A stretch of DNA of 33,362 bases from an uncultured Planctomycetota bacterium. GTDB taxonomy: Bacteria; Planctomycetota; Brocadiia; CAIUPP01; CAYYEE01. The notes beneath the pieces are model-generated. The model made no database searches, was not told where the DNA came from, and was given only the letters and a program-made list of their open reading frames with translations. The DNA lies in NCBI GenBank assembly GCA_964470775.1, contig CAYYEE010000003.1, positions 1 to 33,362 on the forward strand. Reading direction: 5' to 3'. Shown here one piece after another: positions 7,931 through 16,448 of the stretch. Every line of letters starts with the position of its first letter. Position 1 is the first letter of the stretch. Both the position numbers and the translations under genes were made by a program.

Positions 7931-8031
7931 CCCGTTGAAAACCCGGCGTCTATTCCGGGGATGCGTTGCGATCCCGCCTTTGGAGGGCTGGCGCAACATG
8001 TCCCCGCCGGCGCAGAGTCTTTTTCAACGGG
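7931..8031. repeat. palindromic intergenic-repeat family, copy A (full length, with 11-bp terminal inverted repeats)
   Basis: CCCGTTGAAAA (7931-7941) ... CCGGGGATGCGTTGCG AT CCCGCC TTT GGAGGG CTGG CGCAACATGTCCCCG ... TTTTCAACGGG (8021-8031). The right end overlaps the TGA stop (8024-8026) of the outer-membrane gene. Confidence 0.8.
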
Positions 8032-9445
8032 CGGCTACGGGTTGGGGCGTCTCTGACCACCCTCCGCCCAGGGCTTTGTAGAGGGCGACGAGGTTGGTGG
8101 AAATGTTCTTGGTGTTCTGGACAAGGGCTTGTTCGGCGGAGAAGAGAGAGCGTTGGGAGACGAGGACGTTGAGGAAGTCGGTCTGGCCCTGGCTGTAGAG
8201 CTGGGTGGCGAGGTCGAGGGATTTCTGGCTGGCGGCGGCGGCTTCGATCAGGGCTTTGCGGCGCTCTTGTTCTTTGGAGGATGCGATGAGGGCGTTCTCG
8301 ACTTCCTGGAGGGCGTTGAGCACGGTTTGCTGGTAGGAGATGAAGGACTGTTCCTGCAGGGCTTTCTGGACTTCGATGTTGGAGAGGATGCGGCCGGACT
8401 GGAAGATGGGCCAGCTTATGGAGGGGCCGATGGACCAGGAGCGGCTGCTTTCGCGGAAGAGGGAGTGGGTATCATCGGACTGCCATCCGAGGGCGCCGGA
8501 GAGGGTGAGCTTGGGGAAGAGGTCGGCGGTGGCGACGCCGATCTGGGCGGTGGCGGCGTGGAGGCTGGCTTCGGCGGAGCGGATGTCGGGGCGGCGGCGG
8601 AGCAGGTCGCTGGGCAGGCCGGCGGGGACGCCGGGCGGGGCGGAGGGGATGTCGGCGGCGGCGGAGAGCTCTTCGAGCAGGGCGGCGGGGGGCTGGCCGA
8701 GCAGGACGCTGATGGCGTAGACGGACTGGCGGGCGGCGGATTCGATCTGGGGGATTTCGGCCAAGGTGGCGGCGACCTGGGCGGTGGCGTCGGCGACGTC
8801 GAGTCCGCTGACAAAGCCGCTTTCGAAGCGCTGGCGGGTGAGTTCGAGGGTGCGCTGCTGAGTTTTCAGGTTGCGCTGGGCGATGGCGAGCTGCTGCTGG
8901 GAGGCGCGGAGCTCGACGTAGTTGCGGGCGACCTCGGCGGCAAGGGTGACGAGGGCGTCGCGCTGGTTTTCGACGGCGGCGGTGATTTCGGCGTCGGCGG
9001 CTTCGACGGAGCGGCGGGTGGCGCCGAAGAGGTCGAGTTCCCAGGCGGCGTCGAAGCCGGCCTGGTAGGTGTTGGCGCTGGAGGCGGTTCCGTTCTGGTT
9101 TCGGCTGTAGGCGGCCGAGGCGTTGAGGCCGGGTCCAAAGGCGGAGGCGGCGACGCCTCGGGCGGCGCGGGCCTGGCGGACGCGGGAGGCGGCGAGCTTG
9201 ACGTCGAGGTTGGACTGGACGGCGCGCTCGACAAGGGAGGTGAGGACGGGATCGCCGAAGGCGGTCCACCACTGGGCGAGACTGGCGGGGGTGGGCGATT
9301 CGGGCCCGGCGGCTTGGGTGGCCCAGGCTTTGGGGGTCGGGGTCTGGGGGGGCTTGTAGTCTGGGCCGACGGCGCAGCCCGCGAGGAGGACGGCGCAGGC
9401 CAGGGCGGCGAGGAGGCGGGGGATGGGTTTATGTTGGCGGTTCAC
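8024..9445 (-). CDS. efflux transporter outer-membrane lipoprotein, NodT/TolC family
   Basis: 473 aa with a GTG start. It has a lipobox (LLAGCAV) and two repeated TolC-like halves with coiled-coil A/Q/L-rich segments. The ending ...LYKALGGGW is typical of NodT-family OMFs. Confidence 0.9.
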   Translation of the reverse strand: MNRQHKPIPRLLAALACAVLLAGCAVGPDYKPPQTPTPKAWATQAAGPESPTPASLAQWWTAFGDPVLTSLVERAVQSNLDVKLAASRVRQARAARGVAASAFGPGLNASAAYSRNQNGTASSANTYQAGFDAAWELDLFGATRRSVEAADAEITAAVENQRDALVTLAAEVARNYVELRASQQQLAIAQRNLKTQQRTLELTRQRFESGFVSGLDVADATAQVAATLAEIPQIESAARQSVYAISVLLGQPPAALLEELSAAADIPSAPPGVPAGLPSDLLRRRPDIRSAEASLHAATAQIGVATADLFPKLTLSGALGWQSDDTHSLFRESSRSWSIGPSISWPIFQSGRILSNIEVQKALQEQSFISYQQTVLNALQEVENALIASSKEQERRKALIEAAAASQKSLDLATQLYSQGQTDFLNVLVSQRSLFSAEQALVQNTKNISTNLVALYKALGGGWSETPQPVAAR

Positions 9446-9469
9446 GGGGGTCTGCCTTATCTGTTCTGA

Positions 9470-9546
9470 GTCCGTTCCGGGGACACGTTGCGGTCCCGCC
9501 AGAGGCGGGCTTTCGCAACATGTCCCCGGGGCTGGTCTTTTTGTGA
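9470..9546. repeat. palindromic intergenic-repeat family, copy B (best-formed hairpin)
   Basis: Positions 9477-9529 read CCGGGGACACGTTGCG GT CCCGCC AGA GGCGGG CTTT CGCAACATGTCCCCGG. This gives a 16-bp outer stem (one G.U as RNA) and a 6-bp apical stem. It is followed by GTCTTTTTGTG and abuts the TAA stop (9547-9549) of the permease gene. Confidence 0.85.
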
Positions 9547-10908
9547 TTACTCATAGCGGAGGGCTTCGATGGGGTCGAGGCGGGAAGCTTTCCATGCGGG
9601 GTAATAGCCGAAGAGGACGCCGACGGCGCCGGAGACGAGGACGGCGACGCTGATGGCGGTGGGCGACGTCTGGACCGGCCAGTGGAGGAGGGCGCGGACT
9701 AGAAGGGAGCCGCCGTGGCCGAGGAGGATGCCCAGAGCGCCGCCCACCAGACAGAGAGCGACGGATTCGACGAGGAACTGGCGCAGGATGTCGCGGGCGC
9801 GCGCGCCGACGGCCATGCGCAGGCCGATTTCGCGGGTGCGCTCGGTGACGGAGACGAGCATGATGTTCATGATGCCGACGCCGCCGACGACAAGGGAGAT
9901 GGCGCCGACGCAGAGGAGGAGGTTGGACATGAGGTTGGTGGTGGAGGAGAGGACGTTGGTCATTTCGGTCATGTCGCGGATGTCGAAGTCGTTGTCCTTG
10001 CCTTCGGGGATGCGGTGGCGTTCGCGGAGGACGGCGGTGATTTCCTTGATGGCGGATTGGATCTGTCCGGCGCTGCGCGCGGAGACCAGGATCTGGTCCA
10101 CGTTGGCGAAGCGGACGAGCATGGGGTTGTTGGCGGCGTAGTTGGAGGCGGCGCTGGGGTAGAGGGAGGGGGGATCGTGGTAGAGGTCGCTGCGGGCGGT
10201 GGTGGAGCTGCGGGAGGAGGTGGTGCTTTGAGAGCCGAGGGAGAGGGTTCCCCCGGCGACCTTGTATTTGATGGCGCTCCAGGGCGCGATGACGACGTCG
10301 TCTTGGTCCATGCCCATCATGTTGGCGCCTTTGGCCGCGAGCGTGCCGACGACCTTGAAGTTGACGTTTCTGAGGCGCACGGACGCGCCAAGAGGCGACT
10401 GGCCCTGGAACAGCTCGCGGACGATGGTCTGGCCGACAAGGCAGACGCATCGGGCGGCGGCGACGTCGGCCTCGGTGAAGATGGCTCCCTCGGCGACGGA
10501 CCAGCCGCGGATGTCCAGAAAGGCGGCAGTGGAGCCGTAGATGGACCGGGGGGACCAGTTGCGTCCGCCGGCCACGATCTGCGTGCGGGAGGAGACGACG
10601 GGGGCGGCGGCGGCGACGGAGGGGCATTGTCTGAGGATGGCGTCGGAGTCTTTGGCGGTGAGGGTGATGGCGGCGCCGGAGCCGGAGCTGACGCCGCTGG
10701 TGGTGGCTGAGCCGGGCATGACGAGGAGGACGTTGGCGCCCATGCTGGCGATGCCTTTCTGGACGGCGGCGGAAGAGCCGGCGCCGATTTCCATCATGGC
10801 GATGACGGCGGCGATGCCGATGACGATGCCGAGGGTGGTGAGCATGGCGCGCATGGGATTGCGGCTGAGGGCGCGGCCGGCGGTTCGGAGTGTCCGGACG
10901 ATCTTCAT
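9547..10908 (-). CDS. ABC transporter permease, MacB/FtsX family
   Basis: 453 aa. The N-terminal TM segment (AMLTTLGIVIGIAAVIAMMEIG) is followed by a large periplasmic domain and a C-terminal FtsX-type 3-TM bundle (...ERTREIGLRMAVGARARDILRQFLVES...). The start overlaps the ATPase stop (ATGA at 10905-10908). Confidence 0.9.
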   Translation of the reverse strand: MKIVRTLRTAGRALSRNPMRAMLTTLGIVIGIAAVIAMMEIGAGSSAAVQKGIASMGANVLLVMPGSATTSGVSSGSGAAITLTAKDSDAILRQCPSVAAAAPVVSSRTQIVAGGRNWSPRSIYGSTAAFLDIRGWSVAEGAIFTEADVAAARCVCLVGQTIVRELFQGQSPLGASVRLRNVNFKVVGTLAAKGANMMGMDQDDVVIAPWSAIKYKVAGGTLSLGSQSTTSSRSSTTARSDLYHDPPSLYPSAASNYAANNPMLVRFANVDQILVSARSAGQIQSAIKEITAVLRERHRIPEGKDNDFDIRDMTEMTNVLSSTTNLMSNLLLCVGAISLVVGGVGIMNIMLVSVTERTREIGLRMAVGARARDILRQFLVESVALCLVGGALGILLGHGGSLLVRALLHWPVQTSPTAISVAVLVSGAVGVLFGYYPAWKASRLDPIEALRYE

Positions 10909-11618
10909 TGGGGGCCTCCCGGCTGCACGGGCGGGGCGGGGGCGCTGGCGATGAGGCCGTCGTGGATGCGGATGACGCGCTTGGCGTGGGCGGCGACATT
11001 GGCGTCGTGGGTGACGAGGATGATGGTGATGCCGTCTTCGTCGTTGAGGGATTTGAACATGGCGAGGACTTCTTCGCTGGTACGGGGGTCGAGGTTGCCG
11101 GTGGGCTCGTCGGCGAAGAGGACGCTGGGGTTGTTGACAAGGGCGCGGGCGATGGCGACGCGCTGCTGCTGGCCGCCGGAGAGCTTGGATGGTTCGTGGT
11201 GGAGGCGGTCGGCGAGTCCGACGCGTTTGAGGAGTTCCTCGGCGCGGAGGCGGCAGTCGCGCTCGGAGAGGTCTTGGGGGGAGTAGGCGAGGGGCATGGC
11301 GACGTTTTCGACGGCGGTGGTGCGAGGGAGGAGGTTGAAGTTCTGGAAGACGAAGCCGAGTTTGGTGTTGCGCAGGCGGGCGCGTTCGTCGGGGGAGAGG
11401 CGGGCGACTTCGCGGCCGTCGAGCCAGTACTGGCCTGAGGTGGGGCGGTCGAGGCAGCCGAGCAGGTTCATGAGGGTGCTTTTGCCGGAGCCGCTGACGC
11501 CCATGAGGGCGACGAGCTCGCCGCGGGCGACGGTGAGGGAGACGCCTTTGAGGACGGGGACGGCGATGTCGCCCATTTGATAGGTCTTGCGGATGTCTTT
11601 GAGTTCGATGAGTTCCAT
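10905..11618 (-). CDS. ABC transporter ATP-binding protein (MacB/LolD-type)
   Basis: This is the C-terminal part of track ORF 10905..12428, starting at ATG 11618 (MELIELKDIRKTY...). Walker A is GVSGSGKST, the ABC signature is LSGGQQQR and Walker B is VLFADEPT. Confidence 0.95.
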   Translation of the reverse strand: MELIELKDIRKTYQMGDIAVPVLKGVSLTVARGELVALMGVSGSGKSTLMNLLGCLDRPTSGQYWLDGREVARLSPDERARLRNTKLGFVFQNFNLLPRTTAVENVAMPLAYSPQDLSERDCRLRAEELLKRVGLADRLHHEPSKLSGGQQQRVAIARALVNNPSVLFADEPTGNLDPRTSEEVLAMFKSLNDEDGITIILVTHDANVAAHAKRVIRIHDGLIASAPAPPVQPGGPQ

Positions 11619-11641
11619 GGCAGGACTCTCCCTGGCGGCGG

Positions 11642-12994
11642 TTACATAGGCGGCGGGCCGTGGGGGGCGTTTTTGGGACGGGCGGGCATTTTGGGGAGGA
11701 AGGGGTTGGTTTCGCCCTGGGTGGCGGCGCTGGCGGCGGGGGCGGTTTTGGCGGCGGACGCGGGGCCAGCGGACGCGGCGGCCGTGGCGCCGGTGACGAC
11801 TTGGACGCCTTCGGTCAACTCGTCGGACGAGACGGCGGTGGTGACGCCGTCGGAGATTCCCACCGTGACGGGGACGGGGCGGACGTAACGGCCGTCGCTG
11901 ACCCACACGACGGCTTTTTTGGAGGGGTCTTTGGCGGTCTTGGGCGCGGCGGCGCCGGGGGCGATCATGGAGGCCTCGGGCTGCCAGCGCAGGGCGGCGT
12001 TGGGGACGAGGAGGGCGTTGTCGGCGCGGCTGGCTTCGAACTTGACGCTGGCGGTGAGGTAGGGGAGAAGCTTGCCGCCGGGGTTGTCGACGGCGACTTC
12101 GACGACGTAGGTGACGACGTTTTGAGTCATGGAGGCGTTGAGGCGGACGCGCTGGACTGTGCCGTGGAAGGTGTCGCCGGGGAAGGCGTCGACCGTGAAG
12201 GCGACGGGCAGGCCGGGTTTGATCTTGCCGATGTCGGCTTCGTTGACGGAGGCCCAGATCTGCATGCGGGTGAGGTCTTTGGCGATGAGGAAGAGGCTGG
12301 GGGTGTTGAGGCTGGCGGCGACGGTCTGGCCGATGTTGACGCGGCGGTCGATGACGACGCCGGTGACGGGGGAGGTGATGGCGCAGTAGCCGAGGTTGCG
12401 CTTGGCGCGCCAAAGGGCGGTCTCGCACTGGGTGACGGCGGCCTTGGATTCTTCGAGAGCGGCTTGGCCGATGGTGACGCTGGCCTTGGCGACTTCGGCG
12501 GCGGATTTGTAGGAGTCGTAGCTGGCTTGGGAGAGCGCCTCGGACGGGCCGATCTTCTGGGCGCGGGCCCAGTCCTTTTCGGCGAGTTCGAGCTTGGCCT
12601 TGAGCTGGACCAGGTCGGCTTCGTTGCGGGCGACGGCGGCCTTGGCGGAGCGAAGCTTGGCTTCGGCTTCGGCGACGTCGGCCTGGTAGAGGGCGTCGTC
12701 GATGCGGGCGAGCAGGGCGTCCTTTTCGACGCGGGAGGTGTAGTCAATGACGTTGCCGCCGGCGTCGGCGCCGATGGCGACGATCTGGCCGCTAATCTGG
12801 GCGCCGACGTCAACGATCTCCTCGGGTTCGAGCGTGCCGGTGGCGTCAATGGTGACGACAAGGCTGCCCCGTTCGACGGTGGCTGTCTTGTAAGCGACGG
12901 CGCCGCCTTCGGTCTTTTGCTGATACCACTTGGGCGCGGAAACGGCGGCGACGGCCAGGCCGGCCAGCAGAGCCAGGGCAATCCACGTTCTCAT
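11642..12994 (-). CDS. efflux periplasmic adaptor (HlyD/MacA family membrane fusion protein)
   Basis: 450 aa with an N-terminal anchor, a coiled-coil hairpin (..EAEAKLRSAKAAVARNEADLVQLKAKLELAEKD..), then ITSPVTGVVIDRRVNIGQTV and beta-barrel segments typical of MFPs. Confidence 0.9.
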   Translation of the reverse strand: MRTWIALALLAGLAVAAVSAPKWYQQKTEGGAVAYKTATVERGSLVVTIDATGTLEPEEIVDVGAQISGQIVAIGADAGGNVIDYTSRVEKDALLARIDDALYQADVAEAEAKLRSAKAAVARNEADLVQLKAKLELAEKDWARAQKIGPSEALSQASYDSYKSAAEVAKASVTIGQAALEESKAAVTQCETALWRAKRNLGYCAITSPVTGVVIDRRVNIGQTVAASLNTPSLFLIAKDLTRMQIWASVNEADIGKIKPGLPVAFTVDAFPGDTFHGTVQRVRLNASMTQNVVTYVVEVAVDNPGGKLLPYLTASVKFEASRADNALLVPNAALRWQPEASMIAPGAAAPKTAKDPSKKAVVWVSDGRYVRPVPVTVGISDGVTTAVSSDELTEGVQVVTGATAAASAGPASAAKTAPAASAATQGETNPFLPKMPARPKNAPHGPPPM

Positions 12995-13001
12995 GGGCGT
13001 G

Positions 13002-13670
13002 TCACCTCTTTGCGTGAATCCGGCCGCCGGAGGCTTGAATCCGGCGCCGAATGGCTTCGATGCCTGCCAGGGCGTAAGCGGTCATGTGTTCGGTCATGGC
13101 GTCGAGGTCTTCCTCGTGGAAGACGGGCGCCATGCCTTCGTGTTTTTTGGCTTGTTGGTGGTGGCTGATGTGGATCCAGGGGGCGACGAGGCAGGCTTCG
13201 CAGAGTTGGACGTCGAAGTCGCTGGCGCCGGGACCGAGGAGTTCGCGGAGGATGGATTGGGTGGCTTGGCGGAGGGGCTGGATGGCGTCGTGCATGACTT
13301 GGCGGAGCAGGCCCGTGGGGTTGATCATCTCCGCGCGCATGATTCGGAACTCGACGCCGTCGGCGTGGAAGGCGCGCAGGAGCCCGGCGCGGATGCGGCC
13401 GTGGAGGCGTTCGGCGGCGGGGCGGTCCGGGGGAACGCCGCCGTCCGGGGGGTTCTGCTCCAGGAGCCGCCTGTGGGCGTGGCGCCAGGCTTCCTGGTAG
13501 AGGCGCTCCTTGCCGCCGAAGTGGTAGTTGACGGCGGCGATGTTGGCCTTGGCCTGGCGGCAGATGAGGGCGACCGTGGCGCCGCGGAAGCCCTTTTCGG
13601 CGAACAGGTGGCTGGCGGCCTCCAGGATTCTGTCGCGCGTCTCGCCGGCGTGCCGGCTGGTGTCTTTCAT
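13002..13670 (-). CDS. TetR/AcrR family transcriptional regulator
   Basis: ORF 13002..13700. Preferred start is ATG 13670 (MKDTS...), preceded by GGGAG. The HTH is RDRILEAASHLFAEKGFRGATVALICRQAKANIAAVNYHFGGKERLY. It lies 7 nt upstream of the adaptor gene. Confidence 0.9.
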   Translation of the reverse strand: MKDTSRHAGETRDRILEAASHLFAEKGFRGATVALICRQAKANIAAVNYHFGGKERLYQEAWRHAHRRLLEQNPPDGGVPPDRPAAERLHGRIRAGLLRAFHADGVEFRIMRAEMINPTGLLRQVMHDAIQPLRQATQSILRELLGPGASDFDVQLCEACLVAPWIHISHHQQAKKHEGMAPVFHEEDLDAMTEHMTAYALAGIEAIRRRIQASGGRIHAKR

Positions 13671-13686
13671 GGTGGGCTCCCGATCT

Positions 13687-13722
13687 AATAAACATATCAA
13701 ATGCTCGTTTCAATTGTTTATT
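13687..13722. promoter_or_regulatory. candidate TetR operator (inverted repeat AATAAACA-N20-TGTTTATT)
   Basis: Perfect 8-bp arms at 13687-13694 and 13715-13722 in the only AT-rich patch of the region. The repeat overlaps the -10 element and the start of the leader. Confidence 0.45.
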
Positions 13723-13747
13723 TTACCCGGAGGCCGCGGTTTGTCAA
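13720..13747 (-). promoter_or_regulatory. sigma70 promoter of the tetR-efflux operon
   Basis: Minus strand reads TTGACA (13747-13742), 16-nt spacer, TAAAAT (13725-13720). Confidence 0.6.
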
Positions 13748-13947
13748 GGGGATTTACGGCGAGGGGAGGCGCGGGGCGAGGCGGCGGAAAGGAAAGAAGG
13801 AACGGGAAGCCCGGCGGGTGAGGAAGCGCCAGGGCCGCGGCGCGTCCGGGTTGGACGCGGCCGCGGCCTTCGCTTGCCCAGCGGGGGGAAGCCCGCCGGT
13901 TCTCCTCTCTCTTCCTGCGTTTCTTCGGGGACTTCCGCGCCTTCCAG

Positions 13948-14020
13948 AAACCCGTTGCGGTTCCGCCGTTGGCGGGCTGAGGCGCCATGCCCCCGCCGAC
14001 GCGGTGTCCTTTTCAACGGG
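13948..14020. repeat. palindromic intergenic-repeat family, copy C (left arm truncated)
   Basis: AAACCCGTTGCGGTTCCGCCGTTGGCGGGCTGAGGCGCCATGCCCCCGCCGACGCGGTGTCCTTTTCAACGGG. It shares the CGTTGCGGT(C/T)CCGCC..GGCGGGCT core and the TTTTCAACGGG end with copies A and B. It ends 3 nt from the chemoreceptor stop codon. Confidence 0.7.
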
Positions 14021-14023
14021 CCG

Positions 14024-16105
14024 TTAGAAGTCCTTTACGTCCGCTTCGTCAAGGGGGAAGACTTCCTCCGGCGGCTTCGATTCCGAGCCGACGGCGGCCA
14101 TGACGCGCTGGCGGTCGCCAAGCAGCTCGCGGCGCGTCTGGGCCGGGGTCTTTGCCTGCTTGCTGTCTTTGACGACGTGCTCGACCTTGGGGGCTTTCGA
14201 GGCCGGGGACTGGCCAGGCACGCGGATCTTCTCGCGGATGCGTGGGGCTTGGCCGCCGACTTCGCCGGCCGGGATGCTCTGGAGCGCGCCGCTGCCGCCG
14301 CGGACGATCTGGTCGAGGGTGATGACCATGTCGTTGAGCTCGCGGGCCTGGGCGGACATTTCTTCGCTGGCCGAGGCGGATTCTTCGGAGTTTGCGGCGG
14401 CGGCCTGGGTGACCTTGTCCATCTGGGCTACGGCGGTGTTGATCTGCTCGACGCCCTGGGCCTGCTCTTTGCTGGCCGAGGCGATTTCGGCGACAAGGCC
14501 GGTGACCTTCTTGGCGATTTCGCCGTTCTTGGCCACGGCTTCGGCGATTTCGCCGTAGAGGCGCTTGGTGTCCTGGATGCGTTCGACGGAGTTGCCGATC
14601 AGCTCCTGGGTGTTTTTGGCGGCTTCGGCGCTGCGGTGGGCCAGGGCGCGGACCTCCTCGGCGACGACGGCGAAGCCCTTGCCCGCGTCGCCGGCGCGGG
14701 CGGCTTCGACGGCGGCGTTGAGGGCGAGAAGATTGGTCTGGAAGGCGATTTCGTCTATCGTCTTGACGATCTTGGCGGTCTGCTCGCTGGCGGCCACGGT
14801 TTCCTGGAGGTTCTTTTCCATGTCGGCCATGCGCTTTTCGATGCGGTCGAAGATGGGCTGCGCCTCGTGTTTCATGAGCGTGTCCACGACGCCGGAGTGC
14901 TCGGCGTTCTGGCGGGTCATGGAGGACATTTCCTCAAGGGAGGAGGATATCTCTTCGAGGCTGGAAGCCTGTTCGCTGGCGCCTTCGGCCATTTGCTGAC
15001 TGGCCTGGGCGACCTGGGAGGAGGCCGCGGCGACTTGTTCGGACCCGCGGGCGAGGCCGTTGATGATCTTGGTGAGTTTGGCGCAGAGGGAGCAGCTCAG
15101 GGCGAGGCCGAGGCCGAGGGCGATCATCGTGCCCAAGACAATGCCGGCTTGCACGGCGGTCTTGCTGCGGCTGGCGTTGGTCGTGGCGGCGTCGCACGAG
15201 GCGGTGGTCAGCTTCTTGCTGATATCTACGACCTTGGCAAGGCTGGCCAGGGCGGCGTTCTGGAGTTCGATGGCTTTGCCGAAGGCGTATTCGCCCGCGT
15301 CGCGGTAGAGGGATTGGACTCTGTCGGCTTCGCCGCGCATGTCGCGGAAGTTGTTGAAGACGGCATCGGCCTGGCCGACGACTTCGGCGGCGTAGAGCGC
15401 CTGGGCTTTGTCGCGTTGCTGGGCTTTGACGAGATCGCGCACGTCGCCAACGCCCTTGTGGAAGCGGTCGTGGTGAACCTTGATGGATTCGAGGGCCTTC
15501 TTGAGGACGGGGTTGGAGGTCTGAAAACTGGCGTACCACCTGCCAAAGGCGCATTTGGCGGGGTCGTCGCCGCCTTCGAATAACTTGCCGGTGGCTATGC
15601 ATTCGGCCGCTTGGGCTGACAGCTTGTAGTGGTCGCCCCGGAAACCTTCGAGGAGAGCGCGGAAATGGTCGGCGTTGGAGATGCCGGAGTTCTCGACTTC
15701 GGCCACTTTGCCAAAGAAGACCTCGTTGCCTTTGCGCCACTCGGCAAGGGCGGCGACAAGGTTTTTCCATTCGTTCGTCTCTTCGGGGGTCTTTGGGAGG
15801 GCTTCATAGGCTTCCTGGGCCTTGGCGTATTCGTCGCGGGCCTTCTTGACGTTGTCATGCTGGCGTTTGCGGGTCGCGGCGTCCGCGTCCGGTATAAGCA
15901 GGGTGCGCTGGGCGACGCGCAGCCGCTCAAAGGCCTTCTGCATGACGAGGATGTTCTCGATGGCAGGCATCCGCAGAGTGGCCACTTCGGTGACATTGGC
16001 TCCGACACTGGACACGGCCACCCATCCCGTGACGCCCACGGCCGTCGTGATCAGAGCAACGATCAAGAAGCCCCCAACAAATTTGCACTTCAGTCCTAAC
16101 AGCAT
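14024..16105 (-). CDS. methyl-accepting chemotaxis protein with a four-helix-bundle plus CZB-motif sensor region
   Basis: 693 aa. TM1 is about residues 10-32 and TM2 about 319-342. The highly conserved signalling hairpin is ...[40 protein letters not shown].... GGAGG lies 8 nt upstream of ATG 16105. Confidence 0.92.
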   Translation of the reverse strand: MLLGLKCKFVGGFLIVALITTAVGVTGWVAVSSVGANVTEVATLRMPAIENILVMQKAFERLRVAQRTLLIPDADAATRKRQHDNVKKARDEYAKAQEAYEALPKTPEETNEWKNLVAALAEWRKGNEVFFGKVAEVENSGISNADHFRALLEGFRGDHYKLSAQAAECIATGKLFEGGDDPAKCAFGRWYASFQTSNPVLKKALESIKVHHDRFHKGVGDVRDLVKAQQRDKAQALYAAEVVGQADAVFNNFRDMRGEADRVQSLYRDAGEYAFGKAIELQNAALASLAKVVDISKKLTTASCDAATTNASRSKTAVQAGIVLGTMIALGLGLALSCSLCAKLTKIINGLARGSEQVAAASSQVAQASQQMAEGASEQASSLEEISSSLEEMSSMTRQNAEHSGVVDTLMKHEAQPIFDRIEKRMADMEKNLQETVAASEQTAKIVKTIDEIAFQTNLLALNAAVEAARAGDAGKGFAVVAEEVRALAHRSAEAAKNTQELIGNSVERIQDTKRLYGEIAEAVAKNGEIAKKVTGLVAEIASASKEQAQGVEQINTAVAQMDKVTQAAAANSEESASASEEMSAQARELNDMVITLDQIVRGGSGALQSIPAGEVGGQAPRIREKIRVPGQSPASKAPKVEHVVKDSKQAKTPAQTRRELLGDRQRVMAAVGSESKPPEEVFPLDEADVKDF

Positions 16106-16200
16106 TGCCGACCCTCCTCCCTGATGGCTTCCCAGCCTTTCACCCCCCGTCGTAGACGCCCTGCCGGCCCAAGCCGGCGCGTCGTCCTTGACACAGCAAG

Positions 16201-16227
16201 AAATCGGCGGCGCGAATGGCAGGTTTA
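16201..16227 (-). promoter_or_regulatory. sigma28 (FliA)-type promoter candidate for the chemoreceptor gene
   Basis: Minus strand reads TAAA (16227-16224), 15 nt, GCCGATTT (16208-16201). The enterobacterial consensus is TAAA-N15-GCCGATAA. It lies about 95 nt upstream of the start codon. Confidence 0.4.
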
Positions 16228-16448
16228 GTGAAAACTTATGAATTAGATTTGCGAGTATTTTGACAGCATTTGCTAATATTGCTTGCGCGGGAGAGGCGAA
16301 TTCCGGCCGTTCTGCGCGGGTTGATTGAGGCGCCAGTCAGATAATAGAACTTGGGAAATACTAGCGGATGGGTCGTGTATGCGGGGGCAGGCATGCGCGG
16401 CGTGGCGGGGGAAATGGGTGGGGTGTTGGGGCGAGTGAAGCGAGGAAG

